DNA of 38,604 nucleotides from positions 1-38,604 of the forward strand of contig DAOUAT010000364.1 in the NCBI GenBank assembly GCA_034433275.1, in the 5' to 3' direction. This DNA is from Anaerolineae bacterium. GTDB lineage: Bacteria > Chloroflexota > Anaerolineae > CG2-30-64-16. Below the pieces are notes generated by a model. It saw only the letters and a program-made list of their open reading frames with translations. It was not told the DNA's origin and searched no databases. The stretch's first letter is position 1. Each line of letters opens with the position of its first letter. Made by a program: the position numbers and the translations under genes. Positions 8,280-17,843 of the stretch are shown here, piece by piece.

Positions 8280-10265
8280 ATGTGGGAGACGGTAAGACGA
8301 CGAATACGAGACGTCTTCGGCGCACCGTTTCAAGGGGTGCTGGTGATCTCGTTCTCGCTGGTGGCGGCCACCACGATCCTCATCGGCTCCGGCGTCATCT
8401 CGCGTACGATCCGTGATTATCTGGCCGAGGCCATGGCCGAGCGGATAAACCGGGACATGCAGCTGGCCGAGGCGCTGTACAACATCCGGCTGCAGGAGAT
8501 CGCCGGCGCCGCGCACCGACTGGCGCTGGATCCGTTGGTGCTGTCGGGGCTGGCCGAGTTGACCAGCGACCGGGAGCACGCCCTGGCGGTGATTGACAAG
8601 CAGATCGCCAACAAAGTCGCGGTGCAGGCGTTGGCGGGCAATCATCTGATTGCGGTGCTCGATGGCGAGGGCAACCTGTTGGCCGGGCGTTTGATCTCGG
8701 CCACGGGCGAGCAGTCTACGCTGGCCGGGTCGGCGGTCAGCGTCCACTGGGCCGATCTGCCCATCGTCAAGGCTGCGGTAGCGCAGCAATCCATCCTGGC
8801 GGCCACCGAGGTGATGCCGGCCGAATTGCTGGCGAAAGTAGGCCTGGCGGAACAGGCGCGTATCACCGTGTTGGATACACCCCGGGCCGCCGAAACGCTT
8901 TTCGATCCGCGCGAGGGCCAGGCCGGCTTGACCCTGATGGGGGTGGCGCCCATCGTACAGGGGGATGATGGCATCGCCGGCATCGTCATGGCGTTTCACC
9001 TCTTTAACAACGATTTCACGCTGGTGGACCGCATCCGGGATGTGGCCGGCGTTGATACGGTTACCATTTTCTTCGGAGACCTGCGCGTTTCCACCAATGT
9101 GCGCACACTAGACGGTCAACGCGCTATTGGAACCCGCATCTCCGAAGAGGTGAGCCAGACCGTGTTGGGAGGCGGGGTTCCATACGTCGGAACGGCTTTT
9201 GTCGTCAGCGAGAATTACATTACCCGGTATGATCCGGTGCGCAATCATGCGGGTGAGGTCGTCGGCATCCTATACGTAGGCGCACGCCAGGCCGCGTTTA
9301 CGCGCCTGGTCAACACCTTCAACGAGCAGGTAGCCCTGATCGCGCTGGGTACGATCCTGGCGACGTTTTTGCTGGCGATCCCTGTCTCGCGCGCGGTGAC
9401 CCGCCCGTTGCAAGAGCTGCGCGATCTGGCCGAAGCTAACCGGCGCGTCGCACAGGGCGACATGTCAGTGCGGGTGCCGGTGCGAGCCGGCGGTGATGTT
9501 GGTGAGCTCGCCAAGTCATTCAACACAATGTTGGATGAACTGCAGGCTACCCAAGATCAACTGGTGCATTCGGAAAAGCTGGCCTCCCTGGGACAACTGG
9601 CCGCCGGTGTGGCGCACGCGTTGAACAACCCGCTGGCCACTGTATTGCTGTTTTCCGATATCCTGCTGCGTGAGTGTGGACCTGACGATCCCAAGCGCAC
9701 GGATCTGGAGATGATCGTCAAGGAGACCCGACGGTGCAAAGGGATCGTGGCGGCGCTGCTTGATTTTGCGCGCCAGAACCAGGTTGAAGCCCAACCTACG
9801 GACCTGAACGCCGTGATCCGGCAAGTGTTGCAGGTTGAGCAGAAGCGTCTGGGCGATGTTCCGATCACCATCGTGGCTGAGTTGAGCCCGCAGCTGCCCG
9901 AGATCCAAGCTGATCCGGGCCAGATGCACGAAGTGGTCGCCAATCTGGTCAGTAACGCCCTCGATGCCATGCCGATGGGCGGCAAGCTGACCATCCAGAC
10001 TTACCCGGGCCCCAACACTATGGTTACGCTGGAAGTGGCCGATACGGGTATGGGCATCACGGCAGAGGATCAAGCGAGGCTCTTCGTGCCGTTTTTTACA
10101 ACAAAACCGGTGGGCAAGGGCACCGGGCTGGGCCTGGCTATCGTCTACGGCATCATCAAGATGCACCGGGGACAGATCACAGTGCAAAGCCAGGTGGGTA
10201 AGGGGGCCACCTTCACGGTGTTGTTGCCCATTCGTCTGTCGCCCGCCACGCAACGTCTGCCCTAA
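8280..10265 (+). CDS. Membrane sensor histidine kinase: TM, double-Cache-type extracytoplasmic domain, TM, HAMP, HisKA, HATPase_c
   Basis: There is an N-terminal TM. The Cache-like signature is GDLRVSTNVRTLDGQRAIGTRIS...GTAFVVSENYITRYDPVRNHAGEVVGILYVG. A second TM (VALIALGTILATFLLAIPV) is followed by HAMP, the H-box GVAHALNNPL, the N box NLVSNALDA, and G boxes DTGMGI and GTGLGLAIV. Confidence 0.85.
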   Translation: MWETVRRRIRDVFGAPFQGVLVISFSLVAATTILIGSGVISRTIRDYLAEAMAERINRDMQLAEALYNIRLQEIAGAAHRLALDPLVLSGLAELTSDREHALAVIDKQIANKVAVQALAGNHLIAVLDGEGNLLAGRLISATGEQSTLAGSAVSVHWADLPIVKAAVAQQSILAATEVMPAELLAKVGLAEQARITVLDTPRAAETLFDPREGQAGLTLMGVAPIVQGDDGIAGIVMAFHLFNNDFTLVDRIRDVAGVDTVTIFFGDLRVSTNVRTLDGQRAIGTRISEEVSQTVLGGGVPYVGTAFVVSENYITRYDPVRNHAGEVVGILYVGARQAAFTRLVNTFNEQVALIALGTILATFLLAIPVSRAVTRPLQELRDLAEANRRVAQGDMSVRVPVRAGGDVGELAKSFNTMLDELQATQDQLVHSEKLASLGQLAAGVAHALNNPLATVLLFSDILLRECGPDDPKRTDLEMIVKETRRCKGIVAALLDFARQNQVEAQPTDLNAVIRQVLQVEQKRLGDVPITIVAELSPQLPEIQADPGQMHEVVANLVSNALDAMPMGGKLTIQTYPGPNTMVTLEVADTGMGITAEDQARLFVPFFTTKPVGKGTGLGLAIVYGIIKMHRGQITVQSQVGKGATFTVLLPIRLSPATQRLP

Positions 10266-10291
10266 ACGAGGCAAGATCAGTAGACGAACTC

Positions 10292-12250
10292 ATGAAGCTG
10301 CAAACTAAATTCCTGTTGGGTGTTATTGCGATTTTTGTCATCCTGGCCGCGGCCATGGCTGCGCTTACGGCAAACTTCATTAACACCAACACGATCCGCG
10401 AAACCGAGAACCGTGTCCGCATCTATATGCGCGCCGCATGGGAAATCCATGACAGCAAGATCGCACGCACCCGCTCCGCGGTCGAAACCCTGGCGCGCGA
10501 TTCGGCCTTGACCGAATTCCTGCTCACACAAGGAGATAGTCCGGCGGCCGACGAAGTGCGCACCCTGCTGGAGACGGTGCGACGTGATCAGGGAATGGAT
10601 ATCCTGAACGTGTTGGCGCCGGATGGGCGTGTGCTGTTGCGGACCCGCCCGCCTTACAACAAGGGTGACAGCTTGGCGCAGGATCCATTGATCAAACAGG
10701 CGCTCACGTTGCGTCAGAGCAGCGTCGGCAACATTATTTTAGAGCAAGAGCGGCTGGATATCGAAGGCAGCGAGTTGATCGAGCGCTGTCTGGCGGTGGG
10801 CAATGAGCCGCGTGGGATGTTCGGCGGCGCGGCGGCCCCAGTCTTCAGTAATGGTGAGCTGATTGGTCTGATCGAGATGGGTTCACTGCTCAACGGCGCG
10901 ACTGAAAAGGTGGACGCGATCCGCGATGCGGTGTTTGCCAGCGAGATCTATAAGGGCAAACCGGTGGGCACAGCCACCGTCTTCATGGGTGACTTGCGGA
11001 TCTCCACAAATGTGTTGGACGCCCAGGGGCGCCGGGCTGTTGGCACCCGGGTCTCGCAAGAGGTGGCTGATCGCGTACTGAAAGAAGGGCTTTTCTGGAC
11101 GGGCCGTGCCTTCGTTGTGGATACCTGGTATCTGGCCCAATATGACCCCATTCGCAACCCTGACGGCAGAGTCATCGGTATGCTGTATGTGGGCGAATTG
11201 GAGCAGAAGTACCTGGACCTGCGCACGCGCACGATCGTGTTTGACCTGATCGTGATACTGGCAGGTATGCTGCTGGCCTTTATCGGCGCGCTGTGGCTGG
11301 TCAGGAGCATCGTGAAGCCCCTTCACACCCTGGTGGATGCGACGCAGCGGTTGGCGGCCGGCGATCTGGCGTATCGTGTGGACATCAAGCGTTCCGATGA
11401 ATTAGGCGATCTGGGCGCCTGCTTCAACGCGATGGCCGGCCGGCTGGAAGAACAGCGCCAAGAACTGGAGAAGCGCCAAAGCAACCTGGAGGCGCTCAGC
11501 GAGCAATTACAAACCACCAACCGCAACTACATCGAAATGCTCGGCTTCGTCACGCATGAGCTGAAGAACCCGCTCACTTCGGCCATCATGGGGCTTTACA
11601 CGGTGAAAGACGGGTATTTGGGCGCGTTGAATGCCGGGCAAAAGAAAAGCTTGGAAACGGTGGCCAAGAGTCTGGACTACTTCCAGGACATGGTCCGCAA
11701 CTACCTGGATCTATCCCGCCTGGAACAAGGCCAGCTCGTGGCCAAGAAGCGGCCGCTCAAACTGCAAGAGGCGGTCATCGAGCCATCGCTGGAAGCGCTG
11801 GAGCGGCAGATCCAGGATCGCCGAATCGTGGTGGACAACCGTGTCCCCGACCAGCTCGTCGTCAACGCCGATCCCACGTTGATGCGGGTGATTTACGATG
11901 ATCTAATCTCCAACGCCATCAAGTATGGCCGGGAGGGCGGCCAGATCGAGCTTGCTGCCGAAGCGACGAATGGCAAGATCACGCTGAGCGTGCGCAATGA
12001 TGGCGAGGGGATCCCACCGGAGAAGCAGACGCAGCTCTTCAAGCGGTTCAGCCGGCTCGACACGCCCAGCGCGACCGGCAAGAAGGGGACGGGCCTGGGT
12101 CTGTACATCTGCAAGGAGATTGTGGAGAAGCACGGCGGTAAGATTTGGGCCGACTCGAAGATGGGCGAGTGGGTGAAGTTCAGCTTTACCCTTCCGAACG
12201 AAATCCACGGCGCACAACAACTGTCTGCACAGGCGCAGCAGGGGATGTGA
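10292..12250 (+). CDS. Membrane sensor histidine kinase, paralog of the preceding gene (Cache, HAMP, HisKA, HATPase_c)
   Basis: Same architecture as the preceding gene. The Cache block is clearly homologous: GDLRISTNVLDAQGRRAVGTRVS...GRAFVVDTWYLAQYDPIRNPDGRVIGMLYVGE. H-box FVTHELKNPL, N box LISNAIKYG, G2 GTGLGLYICK. Confidence 0.85.
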   Translation: MKLQTKFLLGVIAIFVILAAAMAALTANFINTNTIRETENRVRIYMRAAWEIHDSKIARTRSAVETLARDSALTEFLLTQGDSPAADEVRTLLETVRRDQGMDILNVLAPDGRVLLRTRPPYNKGDSLAQDPLIKQALTLRQSSVGNIILEQERLDIEGSELIERCLAVGNEPRGMFGGAAAPVFSNGELIGLIEMGSLLNGATEKVDAIRDAVFASEIYKGKPVGTATVFMGDLRISTNVLDAQGRRAVGTRVSQEVADRVLKEGLFWTGRAFVVDTWYLAQYDPIRNPDGRVIGMLYVGELEQKYLDLRTRTIVFDLIVILAGMLLAFIGALWLVRSIVKPLHTLVDATQRLAAGDLAYRVDIKRSDELGDLGACFNAMAGRLEEQRQELEKRQSNLEALSEQLQTTNRNYIEMLGFVTHELKNPLTSAIMGLYTVKDGYLGALNAGQKKSLETVAKSLDYFQDMVRNYLDLSRLEQGQLVAKKRPLKLQEAVIEPSLEALERQIQDRRIVVDNRVPDQLVVNADPTLMRVIYDDLISNAIKYGREGGQIELAAEATNGKITLSVRNDGEGIPPEKQTQLFKRFSRLDTPSATGKKGTGLGLYICKEIVEKHGGKIWADSKMGEWVKFSFTLPNEIHGAQQLSAQAQQGM

Positions 12251-12288
12251 CAATGTGACATGGTAGGTTGGCTAAAGGAGGCCATCTG

Positions 12289-12705
12289 ATGACCCAGAAA
12301 CAACGCATCCTTGTCGTTGACGATGATGTCCAAGTTGTGGATACCCTGGAAACTTTGCTCCAGAGCGTCGGCTACGAAACACTCCACGCCTATCGCTCCG
12401 ATGAAGGGATGGAACTGGCCCGGACTGCAAAACCGGACCTGATGCTGCTCGATGTCATGTTTTCCGGCCCACCCACGCCAGATGGGTTCGAGACCTCGCG
12501 GCTGATCCATGAGGATCCTGACTTGAAGAATATCCCGGTGATCATGCTGTCTGGGATCAAGACTGTGCTGGGTGTCAAGTTCGATGTTAGCCCGGATGAC
12601 ACCTGGATGCCCGTGAAAGCTTTTCTGGAGAAGCCGGTGCGGCCCGCTAAATTACTGCGGGAGATCGAAAAGGTGCTGGGCCCGCGTGAGAAGGTGGCGG
12701 CATAG
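12289..12705 (+). CDS. Stand-alone REC protein (type A; paralog of 26475..26888)
   Basis: AAAGGAGG at 12274..12281, then ATG 12289. MTQKQRILVVDDD...PDLMLLDVMF...PVIMLSGI...VKAFLEKP. No output domain. I estimate ~65% identity by eye to the 26475 product. Confidence 0.85.
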   Translation: MTQKQRILVVDDDVQVVDTLETLLQSVGYETLHAYRSDEGMELARTAKPDLMLLDVMFSGPPTPDGFETSRLIHEDPDLKNIPVIMLSGIKTVLGVKFDVSPDDTWMPVKAFLEKPVRPAKLLREIEKVLGPREKVAA

Positions 12706-12708
12706 CGC

Positions 12709-14949
12709 ATGGTGACACATGCCAGGATTCTGGTCATTGATGATGAGCCGGGCATCCGTGAGGGCTGTAAGCGTGCCTTGACGCCGCAAGGCCATGTGGT
12801 GGATGTCGCGCAGGACGGCGCGGCGGGCTTGGAAAAGGCTAAGGCCACCCCTTATGACCTGGTGCTGCTCGATGTGATGATGCCTGGCATCGGCGGCATC
12901 GAGTTGTTGAGCCTCATCCGAGAGCATGATCCGTGTGCCGTCTGCATCATCGTCACCGGCTACGCGACGGTGCAACTGGCGGTCAACGCCATCAAGCGCG
13001 GGGCTTACGATTTTCTCACCAAGCCGTTCACGCTGGACGACCTGCTGCTGGCGGTCAATCACGGCCTCGAACATCGGCGCCTGCTGTTGGAAGAGCAGCG
13101 CTTGCAGGCGCTGGAAACCGAAACCCAGCAACTGGCCTATGAAAAGCGCAAATTGGAGGAGGTGGAAAAAGCCAAGGCCGCCTTCATCCGCCTGGTCACC
13201 CACGAGCTTCAGGCGCCAATAGCCGCGATTCAGGGCTATTTGCAGCTCATCCTGGAAGGCTACGTGGAGTTGGACAGACAGCGAGAGTTGCTCGTGCGCG
13301 CTTCCGCCCGCGCGGACGAGCAGATGACGTTGATCGCTGACCTGCTGACCTTGAGTAAGCTGCGCGAGATCAAACAACACGAACACGTGGCGGACGTTCA
13401 CCTCGATGAGTTGCTGCGGAAGACCGTCGAGCCGTTCCAAACGCAGGCGGCGGAAAAAAGCATCGTGCTAAAGACCGAGATCGCGGGAGACATCCCCCCG
13501 ATGCACGGCGTCGCCGCGGAGTTCAAGAGCCTCTGGACCAATCTGATCAGCAATGCGGTGAAGTATACGGCGCCGGGCGGCGCCGTGGTTGTCAGTTTAC
13601 GCGCCGATGGTCAGCACATCATCGGCCGCGTGAGCGACACCGGCATCGGCATCCCACCCGAGGCGCGCGATCGCCTGTTCACCGAGTTCTTCCGAGCTGA
13701 TAACGCCAAAGCGCTGGCCCTGCGCGGCACGGGGCTGGGGCTGGTCATTGTCAAGCAAGCCATCGAAAATGCGGGCGGGCAAATCTGGGTTGAATCGGAG
13801 CTCGGGCGCGGAACAACTTTTACCTTCACCATACCCATTGCACCCGAGGTCAAAACCCATCTGCAAGTTGCCAGTACAGAAGCCAAGAAAGGAGGCCGGA
13901 TGAGTTTACGGATCATTGACAAAGGCGCAATGCCAGCATTTGTTGCCGGCATGATGCGCGAGTATGAAGTAGTAGGGCCGCGGGCCAAAGAATACCTGCC
14001 CAACGGCAAGGCCCAGTTTGCGTTCGGTCCCATCACCGACGCCAGCGAGCTGCGGTTGGACTACAACACCACTATCCTACCGCCGAAGAAGCACCTCTTG
14101 CCGCAGGAAGAGGCGTTGTTCACCTTCCAGACGGCAGACCTGAAAGCAACACCGCAGCTTGACGCTCAGCCGCGGGTGCTGTTCGGCGTCCACACTTGCG
14201 ATATCCATGCCTTGGGGCTGTTGGATGCCGTCTTTGCCACGGGTCAGCGCGATGAGCACTATCTGAAACGCCGTGCCGCGACCCTGGTCGTCGGGATCGA
14301 GTGTCTGGCCCCGTGCGACGAGCACAGCTTCTGCAAGAGCATGGGCACGCTCACCGCGGACAAAGGGTTTGACCTGCACCTGACCGACCTGGGGCACAGC
14401 TACGCCGTCGAAATCGGCACCGCGGATGGTGAGGCGCTGCTGCGGGAGCACGGCGCGGCCCGCGTCGCCGAAGCGCGCGACGTCGAAATGCTCAACCAGG
14501 CGCTGTCCGAAAAGTGGCCTCGCTTCCCCTATCGGCTCGACCTCGATGGCAGCGAACTGCCCAGCCTGATGGCCCTCAGCTATAAGGATGCGCTGTGGAA
14601 CGAATTGGGCGAGCGCTGCCTGGCATGTGGGTCGTGCAACCTGGTGTGCCCCACCTGCTACTGCTTCAATGTGACAGACCGGGTGGCCCTGGATGGCCAG
14701 ACCGGCGAGCGGGTGCGGATCTGGGACAGCTGCCAGTTGGATGAGTTCGCCCGTGTCGCCACCGGCGAGAACTTCCGCCACAAACGCGCCGAACGCCAAC
14801 GCCATCGCTTCTTCCGCAAAGGCAAGTACATCTTCGACATGCACGGCGAGTTGGGGTGCGTGGGGTGTGGCCGTTGCGCCCGCGCTTGCCTGGTGGATAT
14901 CACCCCGGTCGGCGTCTGGAACGCACTGCACCAGGCGCACGCCAGTTAG
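12709..14949 (+). CDS. Single 746-codon ORF. REC, HisKA and HATPase_c (hybrid histidine kinase, aa 1-~375) read without a stop into a HydB/AsrA-like 4Fe-4S beta subunit of a group 3b [NiFe] hydrogenase (aa 398-746)
   Basis: REC: RILVIDDEPG...DLVLLDVMMPG...ITGYA...FLTKP. H-box LVTHELQAPI, N box LISNAVKYT, G boxes DTGIGI and GTGLGLVIV. From M398: MSLRIIDKGAMPAFV...VGP...ILPPKK.L.P.E. Cys clusters CLACGSCNLVCPTCYCF and CVGCGRCARACLV are typical of sulfhydrogenase beta / AsrA-like proteins. I translated the junction by hand and found no stop between the modules. Confidence 0.8.
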   Translation: MVTHARILVIDDEPGIREGCKRALTPQGHVVDVAQDGAAGLEKAKATPYDLVLLDVMMPGIGGIELLSLIREHDPCAVCIIVTGYATVQLAVNAIKRGAYDFLTKPFTLDDLLLAVNHGLEHRRLLLEEQRLQALETETQQLAYEKRKLEEVEKAKAAFIRLVTHELQAPIAAIQGYLQLILEGYVELDRQRELLVRASARADEQMTLIADLLTLSKLREIKQHEHVADVHLDELLRKTVEPFQTQAAEKSIVLKTEIAGDIPPMHGVAAEFKSLWTNLISNAVKYTAPGGAVVVSLRADGQHIIGRVSDTGIGIPPEARDRLFTEFFRADNAKALALRGTGLGLVIVKQAIENAGGQIWVESELGRGTTFTFTIPIAPEVKTHLQVASTEAKKGGRMSLRIIDKGAMPAFVAGMMREYEVVGPRAKEYLPNGKAQFAFGPITDASELRLDYNTTILPPKKHLLPQEEALFTFQTADLKATPQLDAQPRVLFGVHTCDIHALGLLDAVFATGQRDEHYLKRRAATLVVGIECLAPCDEHSFCKSMGTLTADKGFDLHLTDLGHSYAVEIGTADGEALLREHGAARVAEARDVEMLNQALSEKWPRFPYRLDLDGSELPSLMALSYKDALWNELGERCLACGSCNLVCPTCYCFNVTDRVALDGQTGERVRIWDSCQLDEFARVATGENFRHKRAERQRHRFFRKGKYIFDMHGELGCVGCGRCARACLVDITPVGVWNALHQAHAS
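13889..13902 (+). promoter_or_regulatory. hydB: Internal Shine-Dalgarno (AAGGAGG) plus ATG, marking an independent start for the hydrogenase beta subunit (13900..14949) inside the long ORF
   Basis: AAGGAGG at 13889..13895, 4 nt spacer, ATG at 13900. It is in frame with 12709. A 349-aa product from 13900 matches the usual HydB/AsrA-like size. Confidence 0.6.
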
Positions 14950-14958
14950 GAGGCTGCT

Positions 14959-15795
14959 ATGGCAATCCCAACCGTCGGTTCGATCTACATCCCCAGCCCG
15001 GCGCGCGTCGCAAAAGTCGAGCCGTTGACCGCGCTGGAAAAATTATTCACCATTGAGCTGCCGTGGGGGCAAAGCCTGGGCCATGAGCCGGGCCAGTTCG
15101 TGGAGGTGAGCCTGCTGGGCATCGGCGAGGCGCCCATCTCCATCAGTTCCTCCCCCAGCCGCAGCAATGGCGCCTTCGAGCTGTGCGTGCGCAAAGTGGG
15201 CGACGTGACCGCGGCTATGCACAAACTGGAGGCCGGCGCCACCATCGGTGTGCGCGGCCCCTTCGGCCACGGCTTTCAGATTGACAAGATGCGCGGCAAA
15301 GACATCCTGTTCGCGCCCGGCGGCCTGGGCCTGGCCCCGGCGCGCAGCCTGATCAACCAGGTGCTGGACGAGCGCGGCTCCTTCGGCCGCGTCATCATCC
15401 TTTACGGCGCCCGCAATCCCTCGGAGCTGCTGTTCAAGGATGAGCTCGAGGTCTGGAGCGCACGCTCCGATATCGAGTTTCATGTGACCGTGGATCGCCC
15501 AGACCCGACCTGGACCGGTAATGTGGGGGTGATCACCACCCTGTTCAAGAAGGTACACGTCAACCCGCGCAACACCGTGGCTGTCACCGTCGGCCCGCCG
15601 ATCATGTATCGCTTCGTGCTGATGGAGTTGCTCGGCAAGGGCATCCCCGAGACCCAGATTTGGATGTCATTGGAGCGGCGCATGAAGTGCGGCGTGGGCA
15701 AGTGCGGCCATTGTCAGATCAACAATCTGTACTGCTGCCAGCAGGGCCCGGCCTTCACCTATGCCCAGATCAAGGGCATCGAGGAGGCGATTTGA
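14959..15795 (+). CDS. hydG: Group 3b [NiFe] hydrogenase gamma subunit (FAD/NAD(P)-binding, PyrK/AsrB-like, C-terminal 2Fe-2S)
   Basis: Ferredoxin-reductase-type fold motifs are present (GQFVEVS, LFAPGGLGLAPARSL, ILYGAR). The C-terminal CGVGKCGHCQI...CC motif is also present. AGGAGG lies upstream. Position is between the beta and delta subunits, as in hydBGDA operons. Confidence 0.8.
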   Translation: MAIPTVGSIYIPSPARVAKVEPLTALEKLFTIELPWGQSLGHEPGQFVEVSLLGIGEAPISISSSPSRSNGAFELCVRKVGDVTAAMHKLEAGATIGVRGPFGHGFQIDKMRGKDILFAPGGLGLAPARSLINQVLDERGSFGRVIILYGARNPSELLFKDELEVWSARSDIEFHVTVDRPDPTWTGNVGVITTLFKKVHVNPRNTVAVTVGPPIMYRFVLMELLGKGIPETQIWMSLERRMKCGVGKCGHCQINNLYCCQQGPAFTYAQIKGIEEAI

Positions 15796-16544
15796 TGAAA
15801 CCCAAAGTAGCGTTTTTCGATTTCACCAGTTGTGAAGGCTGCCAGCTCACCGTGGTGGACAGCCTGCAGACCCACCCGGAGCTCCTGGACGCCGTCGAGA
15901 TCGTGCAGTTTCGCGAGGCCATGACCGAAAAAGGTGAGGATTACGCGGTCGCGTTCGTGGAGGGGTCCATCAGCCGCGCCAGCGATGAGCCGCGCTTGAA
16001 GCAGATCCGGGAGCAAGCCGCGGTGCTGGTGGCGCTGGGCGCGTGCGCGCACCTGGGCGGCGTCAACAGCATCCGCAACACACAACCGCTGGACGATGTG
16101 CGGCGTTACGTGTACGGCGATAAGGCGGAGTGGTATGAAACCTACCCTGCCCGCCCCATTAGCGCGGTAGTGAAAGTGGACGCCTTCATTCCCGGCTGCC
16201 CCATTGACCGCAACGAGTTCCTGGAAGTGGTCAAGGCGGTGCTGCTGGGCAAGAAACCGCCCATCCCGGATTACCCGCTGTGCGTGGAGTGTAAGCTTAA
16301 AGAAAACGTCTGCCTGTTCCACAAGGGCGGCTTCTGCCTGGGGCCCGTCACCCGGGCCGGCTGCGACGCCATCTGCCCCACTTACGGCGACGGGTGCGAA
16401 GCCTGCCGCGGCCTGATCCCCGATCCCAACCGCAATGCGATGAGCAATGTCCTGGTCGAAAACGGTCTGACAGTTGAAGCGATGTTAGCCCGCTGGACGA
16501 TGTTTGGGACGTACCAGCAGATGGAAATGGCGGCGAAAAAGTAG
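15795..16544 (+). CDS. hydD: Group 3b [NiFe] hydrogenase small (delta) subunit, NuoB/20-kDa-like
   Basis: ATG 15795 overlaps the upstream TGA (ATGA) and GAGGAGG is at 15781. MKPKVAFFDFTSCEGCQL...GACA..GG...PGCP is the small-subunit proximal-cluster pattern. Additional Cys (CVECK..C, CDAICP..GDGCEAC) would serve the distal clusters. The ORF track entry starts spuriously at 15660. Confidence 0.8.
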   Translation: MKPKVAFFDFTSCEGCQLTVVDSLQTHPELLDAVEIVQFREAMTEKGEDYAVAFVEGSISRASDEPRLKQIREQAAVLVALGACAHLGGVNSIRNTQPLDDVRRYVYGDKAEWYETYPARPISAVVKVDAFIPGCPIDRNEFLEVVKAVLLGKKPPIPDYPLCVECKLKENVCLFHKGGFCLGPVTRAGCDAICPTYGDGCEACRGLIPDPNRNAMSNVLVENGLTVEAMLARWTMFGTYQQMEMAAKK

Positions 16545-16553
16545 GAGTGTCTT

Positions 16554-17843
16554 ATGGCAAATGTAAGTATTGAAGTCCATCACGTCACCCGCGTCGAGGG
16601 TCACGGCAACATCGTCGTCAACGCGAAGAACGGCGTGCTAGAGGAGTGCCGGCTAGAGATCGTCGAGACCCCGCGCTTCTTCGAAGCGATGCTGCGCGGC
16701 CGGCCCTACACCCAATCCAGCCACATCACCAGCCGCATCTGCGGCATCTGCGCGGTGGGCCATGCCACGGCCAGCCTGCGCGCCACCGAGAATGCGCTGG
16801 GCATCACACCGTCGGAGCAGACGGTGCTGCTGCGCAAGCTCAACTTCCACGGCGAGATGCTGGATAGCCACGTGCTGCACGTCTACATGCTGGTGGCCCC
16901 CGATATGCTCGGCGTCGGCTCCGTCATTCCGCTGGTGAAGATCGTGCCGGACGTGGTGTTGCGAGCCTTGCGCATGAAGAAACTGGCCGGTGACATCTGT
17001 GCGGTGATTGCCGGCCGGCACACGCACCCGATCGCGATGGCGGTCGGTGGCTTTACCCACTTCCCCACGATCGCCGAGCTGAAGGCGCTGCGCGCACGCC
17101 TGGTGGAGGCCCGCGCGGACGTGGACGAGACGGTTAAGCTGGCCAAGACGCTGCCCTGGCCGCAATTCACCCGCGAGACAGAGTACGTCGCGTTGCGCAA
17201 AGAGGATGAGTACGCGTTCATTGATGGCACGGTCACCACGACCGACGGCGGCAAGTACGCCATCAAGGACTACCGCCAGGTGACCAATGAACGGCTGGTC
17301 CAGCACTCGTCGGCCAAGCACTGCGCGCACAAGCGCGAGTCCTACATGGTCGGCGCGCTGGCCCGCTTCAACGTCAACTACGACAAGCTTCACCCGCGCG
17401 CCAAGGCGGCCGCCGAAGAGTTGGGTCTCAAGCCGATCTGCGCCAATTCATTCCTGAACACCGCGGCGCAGGTGGTTGAGATCGTCCACTGCGTCGAGGA
17501 CGCCATCGGCCTGATTGACGAGCTGACCCAGCGCGGCGTCCGGGCCGAGCCGCTGCCGGCGTTCCCCGGCAAGGGCGGCGACGGCGCGGGCTCCTGCGAG
17601 GTGCCGCGCGGCATCCTGTTCCACAACTATCAGATCGGGGATGATGGCCTGGTGGCGGGCGCGAACTGCATCATTCCCACCGGCCAGAACCTGGCGAACA
17701 TCGAGGCGGACATGCGCAAACTGGTGCCGGAGATCCTGGATCGGCCCCAAGACGAGATTCGCCAGATGATGGAGATGCTGGTGCGGGCGTATGACCCGTG
17801 CATCTCGTGCTCGACGCATTTTCTGGAAGTGAAGTTTGTTTGA
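16554..17843 (+). CDS. hydA: [NiFe] hydrogenase large (alpha) subunit, group 3b type
   Basis: N-terminal Ni-binding motif RICGICAVGH and C-terminal DPCISCSTH, followed by a short extension (FLEVKFV) for protease cleavage. 429 aa. Confidence 0.9.
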   Translation: MANVSIEVHHVTRVEGHGNIVVNAKNGVLEECRLEIVETPRFFEAMLRGRPYTQSSHITSRICGICAVGHATASLRATENALGITPSEQTVLLRKLNFHGEMLDSHVLHVYMLVAPDMLGVGSVIPLVKIVPDVVLRALRMKKLAGDICAVIAGRHTHPIAMAVGGFTHFPTIAELKALRARLVEARADVDETVKLAKTLPWPQFTRETEYVALRKEDEYAFIDGTVTTTDGGKYAIKDYRQVTNERLVQHSSAKHCAHKRESYMVGALARFNVNYDKLHPRAKAAAEELGLKPICANSFLNTAAQVVEIVHCVEDAIGLIDELTQRGVRAEPLPAFPGKGGDGAGSCEVPRGILFHNYQIGDDGLVAGANCIIPTGQNLANIEADMRKLVPEILDRPQDEIRQMMEMLVRAYDPCISCSTHFLEVKFV

